From Bacillus subtilis subsp. subtilis str. 168 (GTDB lineage Bacteria; Bacillota; Bacilli; Bacillales; Bacillaceae), in contig NC_000964.3 of NCBI RefSeq assembly GCF_000009045.1, positions 4,140,001 to 4,172,000 on the forward strand: a stretch of DNA of 32,000 nucleotides, given 5' to 3'. The notes under the pieces are model-generated. The model was not told where the DNA came from. It searched no databases and saw only the letters and a program-made list of their open reading frames with translations. A program made the position numbers and the translations under genes. This document shows, piece after piece, positions 9,667-21,102 of the stretch. How positions within the stretch are numbered: the stretch's first letter is position 1; each line of letters starts with the position of its first letter.

Positions 9667-10509
9667 TCATTGATCTGTATCTAAAATCGTACTCTCCAAA
9701 GCATTCACAGTAAAATACTCTTGTACTGTCTTTTTCTCACCGTTCACTTTTTTCTCGTACTCGACCGTAATTCTCCATACCGGCGCCAGCACCTGCGTAC
9801 TTGTCAGCGGATATTGTGCTACATAGCCGAATTTACAGCTCTTCACAGTGCTGTATTCTTTTAATTGATTTTGATAGTACAATAGCTCAACCGCATCCAT
9901 TTCAGTAATTAAGCTTTCTTTCTGGATTTGCTTGAAGGTCTCAAGCGTAGTCTGGTCGTATGACACAACCTCGTTTTTACCGTTTAAGTGCAGCACCACT
10001 TGCCCGATCATATTAGAGGGATTGTCGGTCTTTTGGTAAATATAATGACCTTCGTACGTTTGGAAGAAAATAATTTCTTTCTTCGATTTATCAACCTTCC
10101 AAAGCTTATATTTTTCGCCATCTTGAATTTTCGAAGAAACAAGTGCCTGAGCATCGTCCTCGATATCCTTCTTTGATAGTGCGATTGGATTTGCAAACTT
10201 CATTTTCAGGCTCGTTACTTTATGATCATCACTAGGCATGTCCATCAAAGGCTTTTGATCCTTCAGCGCCTCAATTTCCTCCTTGGAGAAAGACTTTTGA
10301 TTTGCCGTGATCCGATAGCCTTCTGTTGCTTCCTTATTCAAGCCTTCATACGTGATATGATCGGCCTTCATGTCATGCTCGACATCATTTTTAATGACTT
10401 CATATTCTTTGCCGGTAGCCTGCCATTTTTGAAAAAACTGATAGCCTAAGAAAATATCTAAAATGAGGAAGGCAACGATGAAGATTGATTTTGTCTTATT
10501 CCACTCCAC
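9667..10509 (-). CDS. walI: WalI (YycI), membrane regulator of WalK
   Basis: 280 aa with single N-terminal TM; operon position. Confidence 0.95.
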
Positions 10510-11863
10510 TGTTAGCCCCCTCCTTCCTCAATAAATCCTTTGTAATCGGCACAATTTTTCCATTTACTTTCATCGCCCAAACCGGTTCCAGTTCAACGAG
10601 AGGATCATCGTTGGTTGATGTTGATACCAATTGATAAGCAAGGAAGATCTGATCAATTTTGTCCGTATCATAAGCGGTTTGTTTCGAAAGCAGCATCTTC
10701 ACTTCGCTGCCGCCCATGAGCTCTGTTTCACTTGTTTTAATCGGATTCGTTCCGAGACTGTAATTCGGCCGCTTATAGCTGAGAATATCATCATTCGCCC
10801 ATTGCACCGTAATCGCCGATGTCGCCCCGAAAGGTTTGGCGGTGCTGTTAATGACCGGGATCTGATCCATAAAAATATAGAAGCTCAACTGCTGGCTGTC
10901 ATTGATATTGAAAAATTGATAGTGATCCGTCCAGCTTCCGGTATCCTCAAGGTATTTTTGGCTCTTTTTGATTAATTCACCTGTTTGATAGGATGTGCTC
11001 TGCACCAAATTGCGCTGCTGAAATTGCACCTGTCTCTGGCTTAGATTCACATCTAACCGGCTGATCCCATCTGTCAGCACATTTCTGTTGTTGTAATTCG
11101 AATCTTCTCTTACAATGCTCGGATCACTAAACAAAGCCTGCTTAAAGGTATTTGTTTTAATCGATTCTGTGACAAATTCTTTTTTGTCCATCGTAAGCGG
11201 TTTGTTCGGCAGCAAGAACTCTTTCTTTGAGCCAATGGAGAACAAACTGAACGCCGGCATATTTGATTGCCTGTTTTTCAAGTCGTTCATAATGTTCCGG
11301 TAGTTTGCTGATTCAACCGTCACTTCAAGAATGAGCTGCTTGCTGTATGACACCAAATAGATTTTCTTGTTCGCTTTTGTTTCATTGAACGGGATCAGAA
11401 TATGGTCAAACGAACTGTATTCAAACGACTGATTAGACCATTTAAACAGCGTTTGGAAAATATCAATCGGGATCGTATCGCTGAATTGCAAGTCAAGCTT
11501 GGCTTCAGAACCGCCTATTCCATAAAACCAGCTTTTGAATCCAGCCTTGTCATACTGATCCGAAATATCTTTAATTCCTTTCACATCCCAATGCGGCAAG
11601 TCAGACCAAATTTCTTCATAGAGGGCATTGTCATCCACTTTGTAATGAGCGCCGTCATCATGGATAAACATGTCCCTTGGCCTTACCGTTTCAGACAGCT
11701 TTTGGGTGGTTTTTTCGATTTTATGTTTCACACGAACAGTAGACTCTGTTGAGGATGAGCCTTCAGAAAAGTTTGGCTGGAACGTCCATATCCCCCATGT
11801 AAAAACAAGACTGATGACGACGAGTACCGTAAGTAATATCGTTTTTATATTTTCACGCTTCAT
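10496..11863 (-). CDS. walH: WalH (YycH), membrane regulator of WalK
   Basis: 455 aa from [20 protein letters not shown]; operon position; overlaps walI and walK ends. Confidence 0.95.
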
Positions 11864-13688
11864 CCCAATCATCCTCTTGTTCCTCTTTATATGGAAGAGT
11901 AAATGTAATCGTCGTGCCTTTTCCTTCTATGCTGTCCGCCCAAATATCTCCACCGTGCGCCTGTACCATTTCCTTGGCAATCGCCAATCCCAGACCGGTG
12001 CCGCCAAGCTTTCTCGTTCTCGCTTTATCCACCCTGTAGAAGCGGTCAAAGACTTTTTCGACATCTTTTTTCGGAATGCCGATCCCTTCATCCTTCACGC
12101 TGATATAGAGAAGTTCTTCCTCTTCATTGACATCAATCGAGAACGTGACATGTCCGCCTTCCGGTGAATATTTTAAAGCGTTAGAAATAATATTATCGAG
12201 CACCTGCGTTATTTTATCCTGGTCAATCTCGACATACAGATCTCTGTCCGGCAGATTGCGGATAAACTCCACATGCTGCTCTTTTGTCATTTCAAAACGG
12301 TCAATAATAAGTGACATAAACCGGACAATCTGAATCCATTCCCGGTTAAATTGATAATCTTTACTGTCAAATTTCGACAGCTGAAGCAGATCATTGACAA
12401 GCCGGATCATACGCTCTGTTTCATTTTGCGTCACCATTAAGAAGCGCGGAGCAATGTCTTTATTTTCCCACGCGCCTTCAGCTAACGCTTCTAAATAGCT
12501 GCGCATTGTCGTAAGCGGCGTCCGCAGCTCATGTGATACATTCGCAACGAATTCTCTGCGTTCCTGATCCATTTTCTCTTGTTCGGTTACATCGTAAATG
12601 ACAGCGATTAAACCATCAATTTTGCCGTGTTCCCTTTGAATCACAGAGAAATTCACGCGAAGCACCGTTAATTCATCATCGCGCTCAATTTCAAGCAGCA
12701 TAGAATCCTGCTGTTCCACTAAATCTTCAAAAGTATAATTCTCTTGAAGCCCCAGCAAACTCGTAATCGGCATTTCTAAGGCTGTTTCACGTGAAACGTT
12801 CAACAGTTCCAGCGCCGGGCTGTTTAAGAGAATAATCGCTCCGTTTCGGTTTGTGGCGATAACGCCGTCTGTCATATAAGCAATGACAGAGGCTAGCTTT
12901 CTGCGTTCTCCTTCAGTCATCGCCTGGGCATCTTCAAGCTCTCTCGTTAAGTGGTTAAACGTTGTGGCCAGCTGCCCAATTTCATCATGTCCATACTTTT
13001 TAACCTTCCTCGAGAAATTCCCTTTCGCAAGCTCCATCGCCTGCTTTCGCATATCTGAAAGCGGGTGGGTAATGGTTCTTGCCAGAAAAATACCGAGAAG
13101 AGCCGTCAAAACAAGTGCCAAACCTGTGCCGGACGCCAGTATCGTGTTGATCGTCTTCATTTGATTAAAGACATCTTCCATACTCGCGACAACGTAGATC
13201 GCGCCCACAACCTCTTGGTTTTCAGTCATGACGGGCTTCGCGGAAATAAGAACTCTGATTTTGCTTTTCGGGTCATAATATTTTCTTAAATACGACTGTT
13301 TGGTAGAAAAGATTCTTTTGAAAATCAGATCGGTCGTTTGTTTCCCAGCCACTTCCTCACCGTACGGCTTTGAAGAACCGACCACTTCATAGCTTTTATC
13401 TACAAAGCTAATTTCCCGAACCTCATCACTTTTCGTGAAGTCATTCAAAATACGGCTGACGTCATCCTTTATGACGGTACTGTCGTTATCGCTCTTATAT
13501 TCTTGTTCGATATAATAAGAAAGGTTGTCGATTCGCTGATTCAGCGATTGTTCATAAGAGCTGATCAGCGACTTCTCTACCTGATTGACAAAATACACAC
13601 CAATGATTTGCATGGCAATGATAATCAAAAGCACATAAATCAAGGTAATCTTAAATTGGATCGACCGAAAAAAACCAACCTTATTCAT
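11853..13688 (-). CDS. walK: Essential sensor histidine kinase WalK (YycG)
   Basis: 611 aa; two TM segments, HAMP, PAS, H-box FVANVSHELRTPLTTMRSYLEAL, HATPase. Confidence 0.98.
   Translation of the reverse strand: MNKVGFFRSIQFKITLIYVLLIIIAMQIIGVYFVNQVEKSLISSYEQSLNQRIDNLSYYIEQEYKSDNDSTVIKDDVSRILNDFTKSDEVREISFVDKSYEVVGSSKPYGEEVAGKQTTDLIFKRIFSTKQSYLRKYYDPKSKIRVLISAKPVMTENQEVVGAIYVVASMEDVFNQMKTINTILASGTGLALVLTALLGIFLARTITHPLSDMRKQAMELAKGNFSRKVKKYGHDEIGQLATTFNHLTRELEDAQAMTEGERRKLASVIAYMTDGVIATNRNGAIILLNSPALELLNVSRETALEMPITSLLGLQENYTFEDLVEQQDSMLLEIERDDELTVLRVNFSVIQREHGKIDGLIAVIYDVTEQEKMDQERREFVANVSHELRTPLTTMRSYLEALAEGAWENKDIAPRFLMVTQNETERMIRLVNDLLQLSKFDSKDYQFNREWIQIVRFMSLIIDRFEMTKEQHVEFIRNLPDRDLYVEIDQDKITQVLDNIISNALKYSPEGGHVTFSIDVNEEEELLYISVKDEGIGIPKKDVEKVFDRFYRVDKARTRKLGGTGLGLAIAKEMVQAHGGDIWADSIEGKGTTITFTLPYKEEQEDDWDEA
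12783..12798. other. parS-like ParB/Spo0J binding site inside walK
   Basis: TGTTTCACGTGAAACG, 15/16 to TGTTTCACGTGAAACA. Confidence 0.88.
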
Positions 13689-13695
13689 ATGGGCA

Positions 13696-14403
13696 TTAGT
13701 CCTGTTCTGGGTTTCTCAAGTAATAACCTACACCACGGCGTGTGACGATCCAATTTGGATGGCTCGGGTTGTCCTCGATTTTTTCACGAAGCCGGCGGAC
13801 TGTTACGTCAACCGTTCTGACATCGCCGAAGTAATCATAGCCCCAAACGGTTTGAAGCAAATGTTCACGGGTCATCACTTGTCCGATATGTTTTGCTAAA
13901 TAATGAAGCAATTCGAACTCACGATGAGTCAATTCGATTGTTTCGTCTCGTTTTGATACAACGTACGCGTCAGGGAAGATGACGAGAGAGCCGATATGAA
14001 TCTCGTTAGAGGAAGGCTCTTCCTCCGCAGGCGCTGTTGTCAGCTGGCGGCGCAGGTTCGCTTTTACACGCGCCAAGAGCTCGCGTGTGCTGAATGGTTT
14101 TGTGACATAGTCATCAGCACCGATTTCAAGCCCGATAACCTTGTCAATTTCTGAATCCTTAGCCGTCAGCATAATGATTGGCATATCGTATTTCTTTCTG
14201 ACTTCGCGGCATACTTCAACGCCGTCTTTATTTGGGAGCATAATATCTAAAAGAATTAAATCAGGCTGAAGCTCTTCTACCATTTCAACGGCTTCGTTTC
14301 CGTCGTGGGCACAGTGCACTTCATAGCCTTCTTTTCTTAAGTTAAATTCCAATATATCTGCAATCGGTTTTTCATCATCTACTACAAGGATCTTTTTATC
14401 CAT
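13696..14403 (-). CDS. walR: Essential OmpR-family response regulator WalR (YycF)
   Basis: 235 aa from [20 protein letters not shown]; ATG-ATG start with GGAGG RBS. Confidence 0.98.
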   Translation of the reverse strand: MDKKILVVDDEKPIADILEFNLRKEGYEVHCAHDGNEAVEMVEELQPDLILLDIMLPNKDGVEVCREVRKKYDMPIIMLTAKDSEIDKVIGLEIGADDYVTKPFSTRELLARVKANLRRQLTTAPAEEEPSSNEIHIGSLVIFPDAYVVSKRDETIELTHREFELLHYLAKHIGQVMTREHLLQTVWGYDYFGDVRTVDVTVRRLREKIEDNPSHPNWIVTRRGVGYYLRNPEQD

Positions 14404-14676
14404 CATTTTGATTTTCCTCCTGCCGAATGACTTCATTTCATCTATATAACATTCGTTTCATCACTTATGGCCCATGTAAAGAATGGGTCCTTGTCTATTA
14501 TAACGGTTTAAGGTCAAAAGATAAAAAAAATAAAGGTTTAGAAAAAAAACACATGTTTCACCTTTATCGCCAGTTGTTTATCTATTGTCATGCTGGTCAA
14601 CTTTTTTTAAAAAAGATAACTTTATTGAAACCTCCCCTCACCGGAGTGCGTCTTTATCAATGACGTCTTCTTCTTT

Positions 14677-14705
14677 GAACCGGCCGCAGGGCCGGTTCTC
14701 CCTTT
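14677..14705 (+). terminator. GC-rich hairpin followed by tccctttttc on the + strand
   Basis: GAACCGGCC-gcag-GGCCGGTTC (14677-14698). Confidence 0.45.
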
Positions 14706-14748
14706 TTCTTCTATTATAACACTCCTCATGTTTGCCTTTTTCCTAAAA

Positions 14749-14783
14749 GAAAAAACGCACCTACGATTGCAGATGCGTTTGGT
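14749..14783 (-). terminator. Terminator of the tRNA cluster
   Basis: Minus strand aaacgcatctgcaatcgtaggtgcgttttttctttt hairpin plus U-tract, just after tRNA-Phe. Confidence 0.8.
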
Positions 14784-14786
14784 AAG

Positions 14787-14859
<73 letters not shown>

Positions 14860-14894
14860 AAATGTTTTATTTTTCTCTACTAAGTAAAGTAAAA

Positions 14895-14971
14895 TGGCGG
14901 TCCGGACGGGACTCGAACCCGCGACCTCCTGCGTGACAGGCAGGCATTCTAACCAACTGAACTACCGGACC
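14895..14971 (-). tRNA. tRNA-Asp (GTC)
   Basis: ggtccggtagttcagttggttagaatgcctgcctGTCacgcaggaggtcgcgggttcgagtcccgtccggaccgCCA. Confidence 0.95.
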
Positions 14972-15052
14972 TTACAGTAATTGCCCGGAGAGCTGTCGTG
15001 TCAGCTCTCACAGACAAATAAGGAATTTAGCAATAACGCTAAAGTAAATCAA

Positions 15053-15124
15053 TGACCCGTACGGGATTCGAACCCGTGTTACCGCCGTGAAAGGGCGGTG
15101 TCTTAACCGCTTGACCAACGGGCC
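15053..15124 (-). tRNA. tRNA-Glu (TTC)
   Basis: ggcccgttggtcaagcggttaagacaccgcccttTCacggcggtaacacgggttcgaatcccgtacgggtca; anticodon TTC. Confidence 0.95.
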
Positions 15125-15133
15125 TTCACGAAA

Positions 15134-15209
15134 TGGTGAGCCATGAAGGACTCGAACCTTCGACCCTCTGATTAAAAGTCAGATGCTCTACCAACTGAGC
15201 TAATGGCTC
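15134..15209 (-). tRNA. tRNA-Lys (TTT)
   Basis: gagccattagctcagttggtagagcatctgactTTTaatcagagggtcgaaggttcgagtccttcatggctcaCCA. Confidence 0.95.
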
Positions 15210-15390
15210 TTAAAGATGTCGGAATTTCTATAGAGCAAACGACTTAAATCTAGTTCTCATCTTGTACTCTATTGAAGCAGTTTCCGTAACAACGAGATTT
15301 ATAATATCACGAACAAATAGAAGTGGCAATAACTTTTTTGGTTTTTTTTCATATTTTTTTCTCAGACCAACTTATATGCGGCTTTCAAAC

Positions 15391-15418
15391 AAAAACAAGC
15401 CCCTTAAATAGGGGCTTG
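15391..15418 (-). terminator. purA terminator
   Basis: Minus strand caagcccc-tatttaa-ggggcttg-tttttg. Confidence 0.8.
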
Positions 15419-15432
15419 CAGACATATTCTAT

Positions 15433-16740
<1,308 letters not shown>

Positions 16741-16808
16741 TTAACCTTTCAAAACGATTCTATTCAAACAAATCAAGTTTATCAGTGAAGAAACAGAAAG
16801 TCAATTGT

Positions 16809-16821
16809 AAATCCGAACATT
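16809..16821 (+). promoter_or_regulatory. PurR box upstream of purA
   Basis: AAATCCGAACATT matches AWWWCCGAACWWT; a weaker TTCG-containing partner lies ~27 bp away at 16841-16848. Confidence 0.75.
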
Positions 16822-16930
16822 AATTTATTGTAAATCTATATTCGTTCGCTTCCATTCGTTTTATAAGCGTTTTCTCACTGCTTTGTCATAAAAAGCTTGC
16901 GAAACTTTCATCCTTTAGCATAAGAAAGAA

Positions 16931-17350
16931 TCACTTGCCTGATATCCCTTTTGAATTCATAAAAACGATCCGCCAGCCGTCCGGGTCCTCTATCGTCACG
17001 CCCCCATTGCTCCAGTACGGGTTCTCTGATTCGACCTCTTGATAGCCCATGTGCTTTAGCTTTGAAGTGATCGCTGCCAGTTCAACTGCATTCGGCACAT
17101 AAAAAACAAGAAGGCTGTCGGGATGGGGAACGGGGGCAGTGCTTCCCCCTTCATACTGGGTGAATTCCAAATGATAATCGGCATGAGGAAGGCCGAACAT
17201 GACACCGTCATACCCGTTATGCTGTGAAAATTCTCCTATTCGTTTCAAACACAGTCCCTCTTCGTAAAAACGAATAATCTCATCAAGCTGGCCCGTAGGA
17301 CGCGCAATTCGGATTTGTGCTGCTTGAAAAGACGAAAAACGTTTTCCCAT
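16931..17350 (-). CDS. yycE: VOC/glyoxalase-fold family protein YycE
   Basis: 139 aa from MGKRFSSFQAAQIRIARPTG; C-terminal EDPDGWRIVF typical of VOC proteins. Confidence 0.88.
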   Translation of the reverse strand: MGKRFSSFQAAQIRIARPTGQLDEIIRFYEEGLCLKRIGEFSQHNGYDGVMFGLPHADYHLEFTQYEGGSTAPVPHPDSLLVFYVPNAVELAAITSKLKHMGYQEVESENPYWSNGGVTIEDPDGWRIVFMNSKGISGK

Positions 17351-17441
17351 ATTGTTACCATCTCCTTTTTGCACCATTTTATTAAAACGCTTTCAATTTT
17401 TCATCCGCTGAGCGAACGTCATTTCTTCCATCTTTCGAATG

Positions 17442-17469
17442 AAAAAAACCCCAAGAGCAGCTCTTGGGG
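17442..17469 (-). terminator. dnaC terminator
   Basis: CCCCAAGAG-cag-CTCTTGGGG with U-tract on the minus strand. Confidence 0.8.
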
Positions 17470-17470
17470 C

Positions 17471-18835
17471 TTATGCGCCGGGCGGAACGCCTGCGTCATC
17501 AAAACGCCGTTCCAGGTTGACGAATTTGTTGTATTCTTTTACGAACGCAAGAGACACGGTTCCTACCGGGCCGTTACGCTGTTTGGCGATAATAATTTCG
17601 ATAATATTTTTATTCTCGGTTTCTTTGTCATAGTAGTCATCACGATAAAGGAACGCGACAATATCCGCGTCCTGCTCGATACTTCCTGATTCCCGGATAT
17701 CAGACATCATCGGACGTTTATCCTGACGCTGCTCAACACCCCTGGAAAGCTGAGAAAGCGCGATAACAGGGACTTGCAGCTCCCTCGCAATCGACTTCAG
17801 TTCACGGGAAATTTCAGATACTTCCTGCTGACGGTTGTCCTTTGAACGACCGCTTCCCTGAATCAATTGCAGGTAATCGATCAAAATCATGCCCAGCCCG
17901 CTTTCCTGCTTCAAGCGGCGGCACTTGGCACGGATTTCACTCACTCGAATACCCGGTGTATCATCGATGTAAATCCCGCTGTTCGATAGGCTTCCCATTG
18001 CCATCGTCAGCTTGCCCCAATCCTCTTCGGTCAGGTTACCTGTACGGAGATTCTGGGCATTGATATTTCCCTCGGCACAGAGCATACGCATAACGAGCTG
18101 CTCGGCACCCATCTCAAGACTGAAAATCGCTACGCTCTCATCGGTCTTCGTCGCCACGTTTTGTGCGATGTTCAGGGCAAAGGCTGTTTTCCCTACTGAA
18201 GGACGGGCAGCCACAATGATCAAGTCGTTGCGCTGGAAACCCGCAGTCATCCGGTCAAGCTCCGTAAACCCTGTTGGAATTCCCGTGATATCACCTTTTC
18301 GATTGTGAAGCTGTTCGATATTATCATAGGTCTGGACAAGGACGTCCTTAATATTTTGGAAGGCACTCGTGTTTTTGCGCTGTGCCACTTCCATAATCGT
18401 TTTTTCCGCTTCACTGAGTAAATCCTCGACCTCATCCTCACGGGTATACCCGTCTTGAGCAATCGTTGTCGCAGTTCTGATTAATCGGCGAAGAATCGAT
18501 TTTTCCTCAACGATTTTCGCGTAATATTCTATGTTAGCCGCTGTCGGCACCGAGTTTGCGATATCTGTCAAATATGAAATACCGCCTACTTCTTCCAGCA
18601 GGTCTGTGTTCGCAAGCTCTGATGTAACTGTCACCAGATCAACCGGTTCACCTCGGTCACCGAGCACCAGCATCGCATTATAGATTTTTTGGTGGGACAT
18701 TCTATAGAAATCATCTGGAATCAATACTTCTGAAGCCAGTGTTAAAGCAGACGGCTGTAAAAAAATAGCGCCTAACACGGCTTGTTCGGCTTCTATATTT
18801 TGCGGAGGAAGCCGGTCATTCAGAAGGTCTGTCAT
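17471..18835 (-). CDS. dnaC: Replicative DNA helicase DnaC (DnaB family)
   Basis: 454 aa from MTDLLNDRLPPQNIEAEQAVLGAIF; Walker A ARPSVGKTAFALN. Confidence 0.97.
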   Translation of the reverse strand: MTDLLNDRLPPQNIEAEQAVLGAIFLQPSALTLASEVLIPDDFYRMSHQKIYNAMLVLGDRGEPVDLVTVTSELANTDLLEEVGGISYLTDIANSVPTAANIEYYAKIVEEKSILRRLIRTATTIAQDGYTREDEVEDLLSEAEKTIMEVAQRKNTSAFQNIKDVLVQTYDNIEQLHNRKGDITGIPTGFTELDRMTAGFQRNDLIIVAARPSVGKTAFALNIAQNVATKTDESVAIFSLEMGAEQLVMRMLCAEGNINAQNLRTGNLTEEDWGKLTMAMGSLSNSGIYIDDTPGIRVSEIRAKCRRLKQESGLGMILIDYLQLIQGSGRSKDNRQQEVSEISRELKSIARELQVPVIALSQLSRGVEQRQDKRPMMSDIRESGSIEQDADIVAFLYRDDYYDKETENKNIIEIIIAKQRNGPVGTVSLAFVKEYNKFVNLERRFDDAGVPPGA

Positions 18836-19004
18836 GCTAAGCACCGTCCTCTCATTAAAAAATCTCCAACCTCCATTCTACCATTTCTACAGAAAAAAAA
18901 TAGAAAAATTGTCTGTTTCCTGTTTTTTTCAGTTAGCAGATTGGATCGTTTCGGACAGTAACAAGGCGGGAAAAATGCAATAAAACATAAGGGAGGAATG
19001 AAAG

Positions 19005-19205
19005 ATGATAAAGAAATATGCGATTACACCTAATGTTGATGCGGACGGCTGGTTTATTGAGGTGGAGAATGTAGCGCCGACAGCTTTGTATACGTCTAAA
19101 GACGCCGCTATTGAAAAGGCCAAACAGGTGGCTAAGGAAAACAGTCCGTCTAAGCTTGTAATTTATGACCAGTTTAAAAATGTGGAAGAAGAACACTCAT
19201 TTTAA
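19005..19205 (+). CDS. yycD: Small protein YycD
   Basis: 66 aa MIKKYAITPNVDADGWFIEVENVAPTALYTSKDAA; AGGGAGG RBS. Confidence 0.88.
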   Translation: MIKKYAITPNVDADGWFIEVENVAPTALYTSKDAAIEKAKQVAKENSPSKLVIYDQFKNVEEEHSF

Positions 19206-19252
19206 TGAATGAAAGCCTTCGCTGCAGCGAGGGTTTTTTAGCGGTTATCGGT

Positions 19253-19489
19253 TTATTTCATCCATTGGATGCCTATGTGCATCATCAAATCTGCCGCTTT
19301 TTGATACAGATCCCACTCCCCGATCGAAGCAAATTTCCCCATCAGCTCCTGAAGCTTTAACCTCATTGCTATATATTCTTCGAAAGTGACAGCTTTTTCA
19401 GTGTCTATTTGGTGTTCCTTCAGCATTTGTTTTAATAAGGATAACGGTGCGTGCATAAGAACCCTCCTTACCTCTTTTATAACGGTCAT
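19253..19489 (-). CDS. Small uncharacterised protein (start site uncertain)
   Basis: ORF up to 78 aa ending just downstream of yycD, with hairpin aaaaccctcgctgcagcgaaggctttc nearby; coding-like composition. Confidence 0.6.
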   Translation of the reverse strand: MTVIKEVRRVLMHAPLSLLKQMLKEHQIDTEKAVTFEEYIAMRLKLQELMGKFASIGEWDLYQKAADLMMHIGIQWMK

Positions 19490-19576
19490 TTTCCGATTGC
19501 TCTATTCCTTTGTGACATCTTCTTACATTTCACATCTGATTCTTGTACAATGGACAGAAGAGAGGAGGGATCTTTT

Positions 19577-19717
19577 GTGAGACCTTTGCAAATTTCTGCC
19601 GAAACTGCACAAAAGCTTGCAGAGTCCTTGAATCTGCCGCTTGAACAGATCATGCATATGCCTCAGCATATTCTGCTTGCCAAAATGGCTGAACTGCAAA
19701 AAGAGGACAAATCATAG
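19577..19717 (+). CDS. yycC: Small protein YycC, 46 aa, GTG start
   Basis: Strong RBS agaggaggg then ttttGTG; MRPLQISAETAQKLAESLNLPLEQIMHMPQHILLAKMAELQKEDKS. The track ORF is over-extended at its N-terminus. Confidence 0.85.
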   Translation: MRPLQISAETAQKLAESLNLPLEQIMHMPQHILLAKMAELQKEDKS

Positions 19718-19789
19718 CCTTCATTCACATACTTGCTTACCTGTTTCGGGATAATATCATGTATATGTTAGAAAAGAGGAGTAACTGCT

Positions 19790-20998
19790 TTGCCACATCC
19801 ACATAATAAAAAAATCCAATCATTTTGGCTGATCACCGGCATTATCTTTATCGCCTTTAACTTACGGCCCGCGATCACTTCAGTCGGTCCGGTCATCAGC
19901 TCTATCCGGGCAGAGCTGCACATGTCCAATGGGGCAGCCGGTTTTTTGACCGCACTGCCGCTGCTTTCGTTTGCAGTTCTTTCTCCGCTTGCACCTAAGC
20001 TTGGACAGCGCCTCGGTAATGAGCGAACTTTATGGCTAGGTCTCGTGATACTGCTGATCGGTGTTCTGACTCGTTCTACCGGCTATACTGCCGCTTTGTT
20101 TTTCGGAACAGCACTTATCGGCGTCGGGATTGCGATTGGTAACGTACTTTTGCCAAGCTTAATCAAACATAAATACCCTGAAAAGCCAGGGATCATGATC
20201 AGCCTGTATACGACATCAATGAATATATTCGCAGCTTTAGCATCGGGTGTCAGCGTTCCTTTAGCGACCCAGATGAATGGCGGATGGAAACAAGCCTTTC
20301 TCTTATGGGGCGGGCTGGCTTTACTTGCATTGCTAATCTGGATACCTCAGCTGCGCCATCGAGATACGGCAAACCAGACAATGAAGCTGCAATCCAGTTC
20401 CATTTGGGCTTCCAAAATGGCATGGTATGTCACCATCTTTATGGGCCTGCAATCGTTTTTATTTTACAGCAGCATCGCTTGGTTTCCTGAAATTCTCCGT
20501 TCACACGGGATTGATACGGCAACAGCCGGATGGATGGTATCACTCATGCAATTTGCGAGTCTGCCTTCCACTTTTCTGACGCCAGTTTTAGCTGACCGTG
20601 TGAAACAGCAGCGCGGTATCGTTGCGGCGCTGGCCTCAGTTTATCTGATCGGCCTTTGCGGATTATTAGCGGGCGGAAGCCATACATTGCTTGCCATCTG
20701 GATGATCATTATCGGTATCGGACAAGGCTCCAGCATTAGTCTGGCCCTTACTTTGATTGGTCTCCGCAGTGAAAATGCCCAACAGGCCGCTGCGCTGTCA
20801 GGCATGTCTCAGTCATTCGGCTACCTGCTGGCAGCAGTCGGGCCAATCTTTGTCGGCTATCTCTTTGACCAGACGCATTCTTGGACGATGCCGATTGTGC
20901 TTCTCATTGCTGCCCTGATCGTAATGGGAGCAGCCGGACAGGGAGCCGGACGAGATCGATACATTTTCCAGTCAGAAAAACAAAGAAATTCAGCATAA
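19790..20998 (+). CDS. yycB: MFS transporter YycB (CynX/NimT-like)
   Basis: 402-aa, ~12 TM protein; position and sequence. Confidence 0.9.
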   Translation: MPHPHNKKIQSFWLITGIIFIAFNLRPAITSVGPVISSIRAELHMSNGAAGFLTALPLLSFAVLSPLAPKLGQRLGNERTLWLGLVILLIGVLTRSTGYTAALFFGTALIGVGIAIGNVLLPSLIKHKYPEKPGIMISLYTTSMNIFAALASGVSVPLATQMNGGWKQAFLLWGGLALLALLIWIPQLRHRDTANQTMKLQSSSIWASKMAWYVTIFMGLQSFLFYSSIAWFPEILRSHGIDTATAGWMVSLMQFASLPSTFLTPVLADRVKQQRGIVAALASVYLIGLCGLLAGGSHTLLAIWMIIIGIGQGSSISLALTLIGLRSENAQQAAALSGMSQSFGYLLAAVGPIFVGYLFDQTHSWTMPIVLLIAALIVMGAAGQGAGRDRYIFQSEKQRNSA

Positions 20999-21024
20999 AG
21001 CGGGGAAGATATCTCCGCTTTTTT
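20998..21024 (+). terminator. yycB terminator
   Basis: agcggggaagatatctccgctttttttt. Confidence 0.7.
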
Positions 21025-21102
21025 CTTTGAATATTTATGGTTTATTCATAAGTTTTTCATATTTGTTTTTTACAATGAGACACCATAAAGAGGTGAAAAA
21101 CG

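Noticed and set aside
7567-14403. htrC-wal locus as a novel system
   Set aside because: This is the known WalRK operon with walH/I/J and htrC in standard order.
14427-14663. 78-aa + strand ORF in the walR-tRNA gap
   Set aside because: No RBS seen, composition not protein-like, and lies in the walR upstream region.
17800-17815. Possible Noc binding site (cacgggaaattt)
   Set aside because: Only one half of the ATTTCCCGGGAAAT palindrome is present.
17842-18308. Antisense + strand ORFs inside dnaC
   Set aside because: Shadow frames of a highly conserved gene, no initiation signals; the same reasoning was applied to the other antisense ORFs (rocF, rocE, rocD, rocR, htrC, wal, purA, gdpP, yybO).
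19240-19500. Toxin-antitoxin pair formed by the 19253-19489 ORF and yycC
   Set aside because: The genes are divergent, lack recognisable TA motifs, and yycC is a known conserved small gene; not enough evidence.
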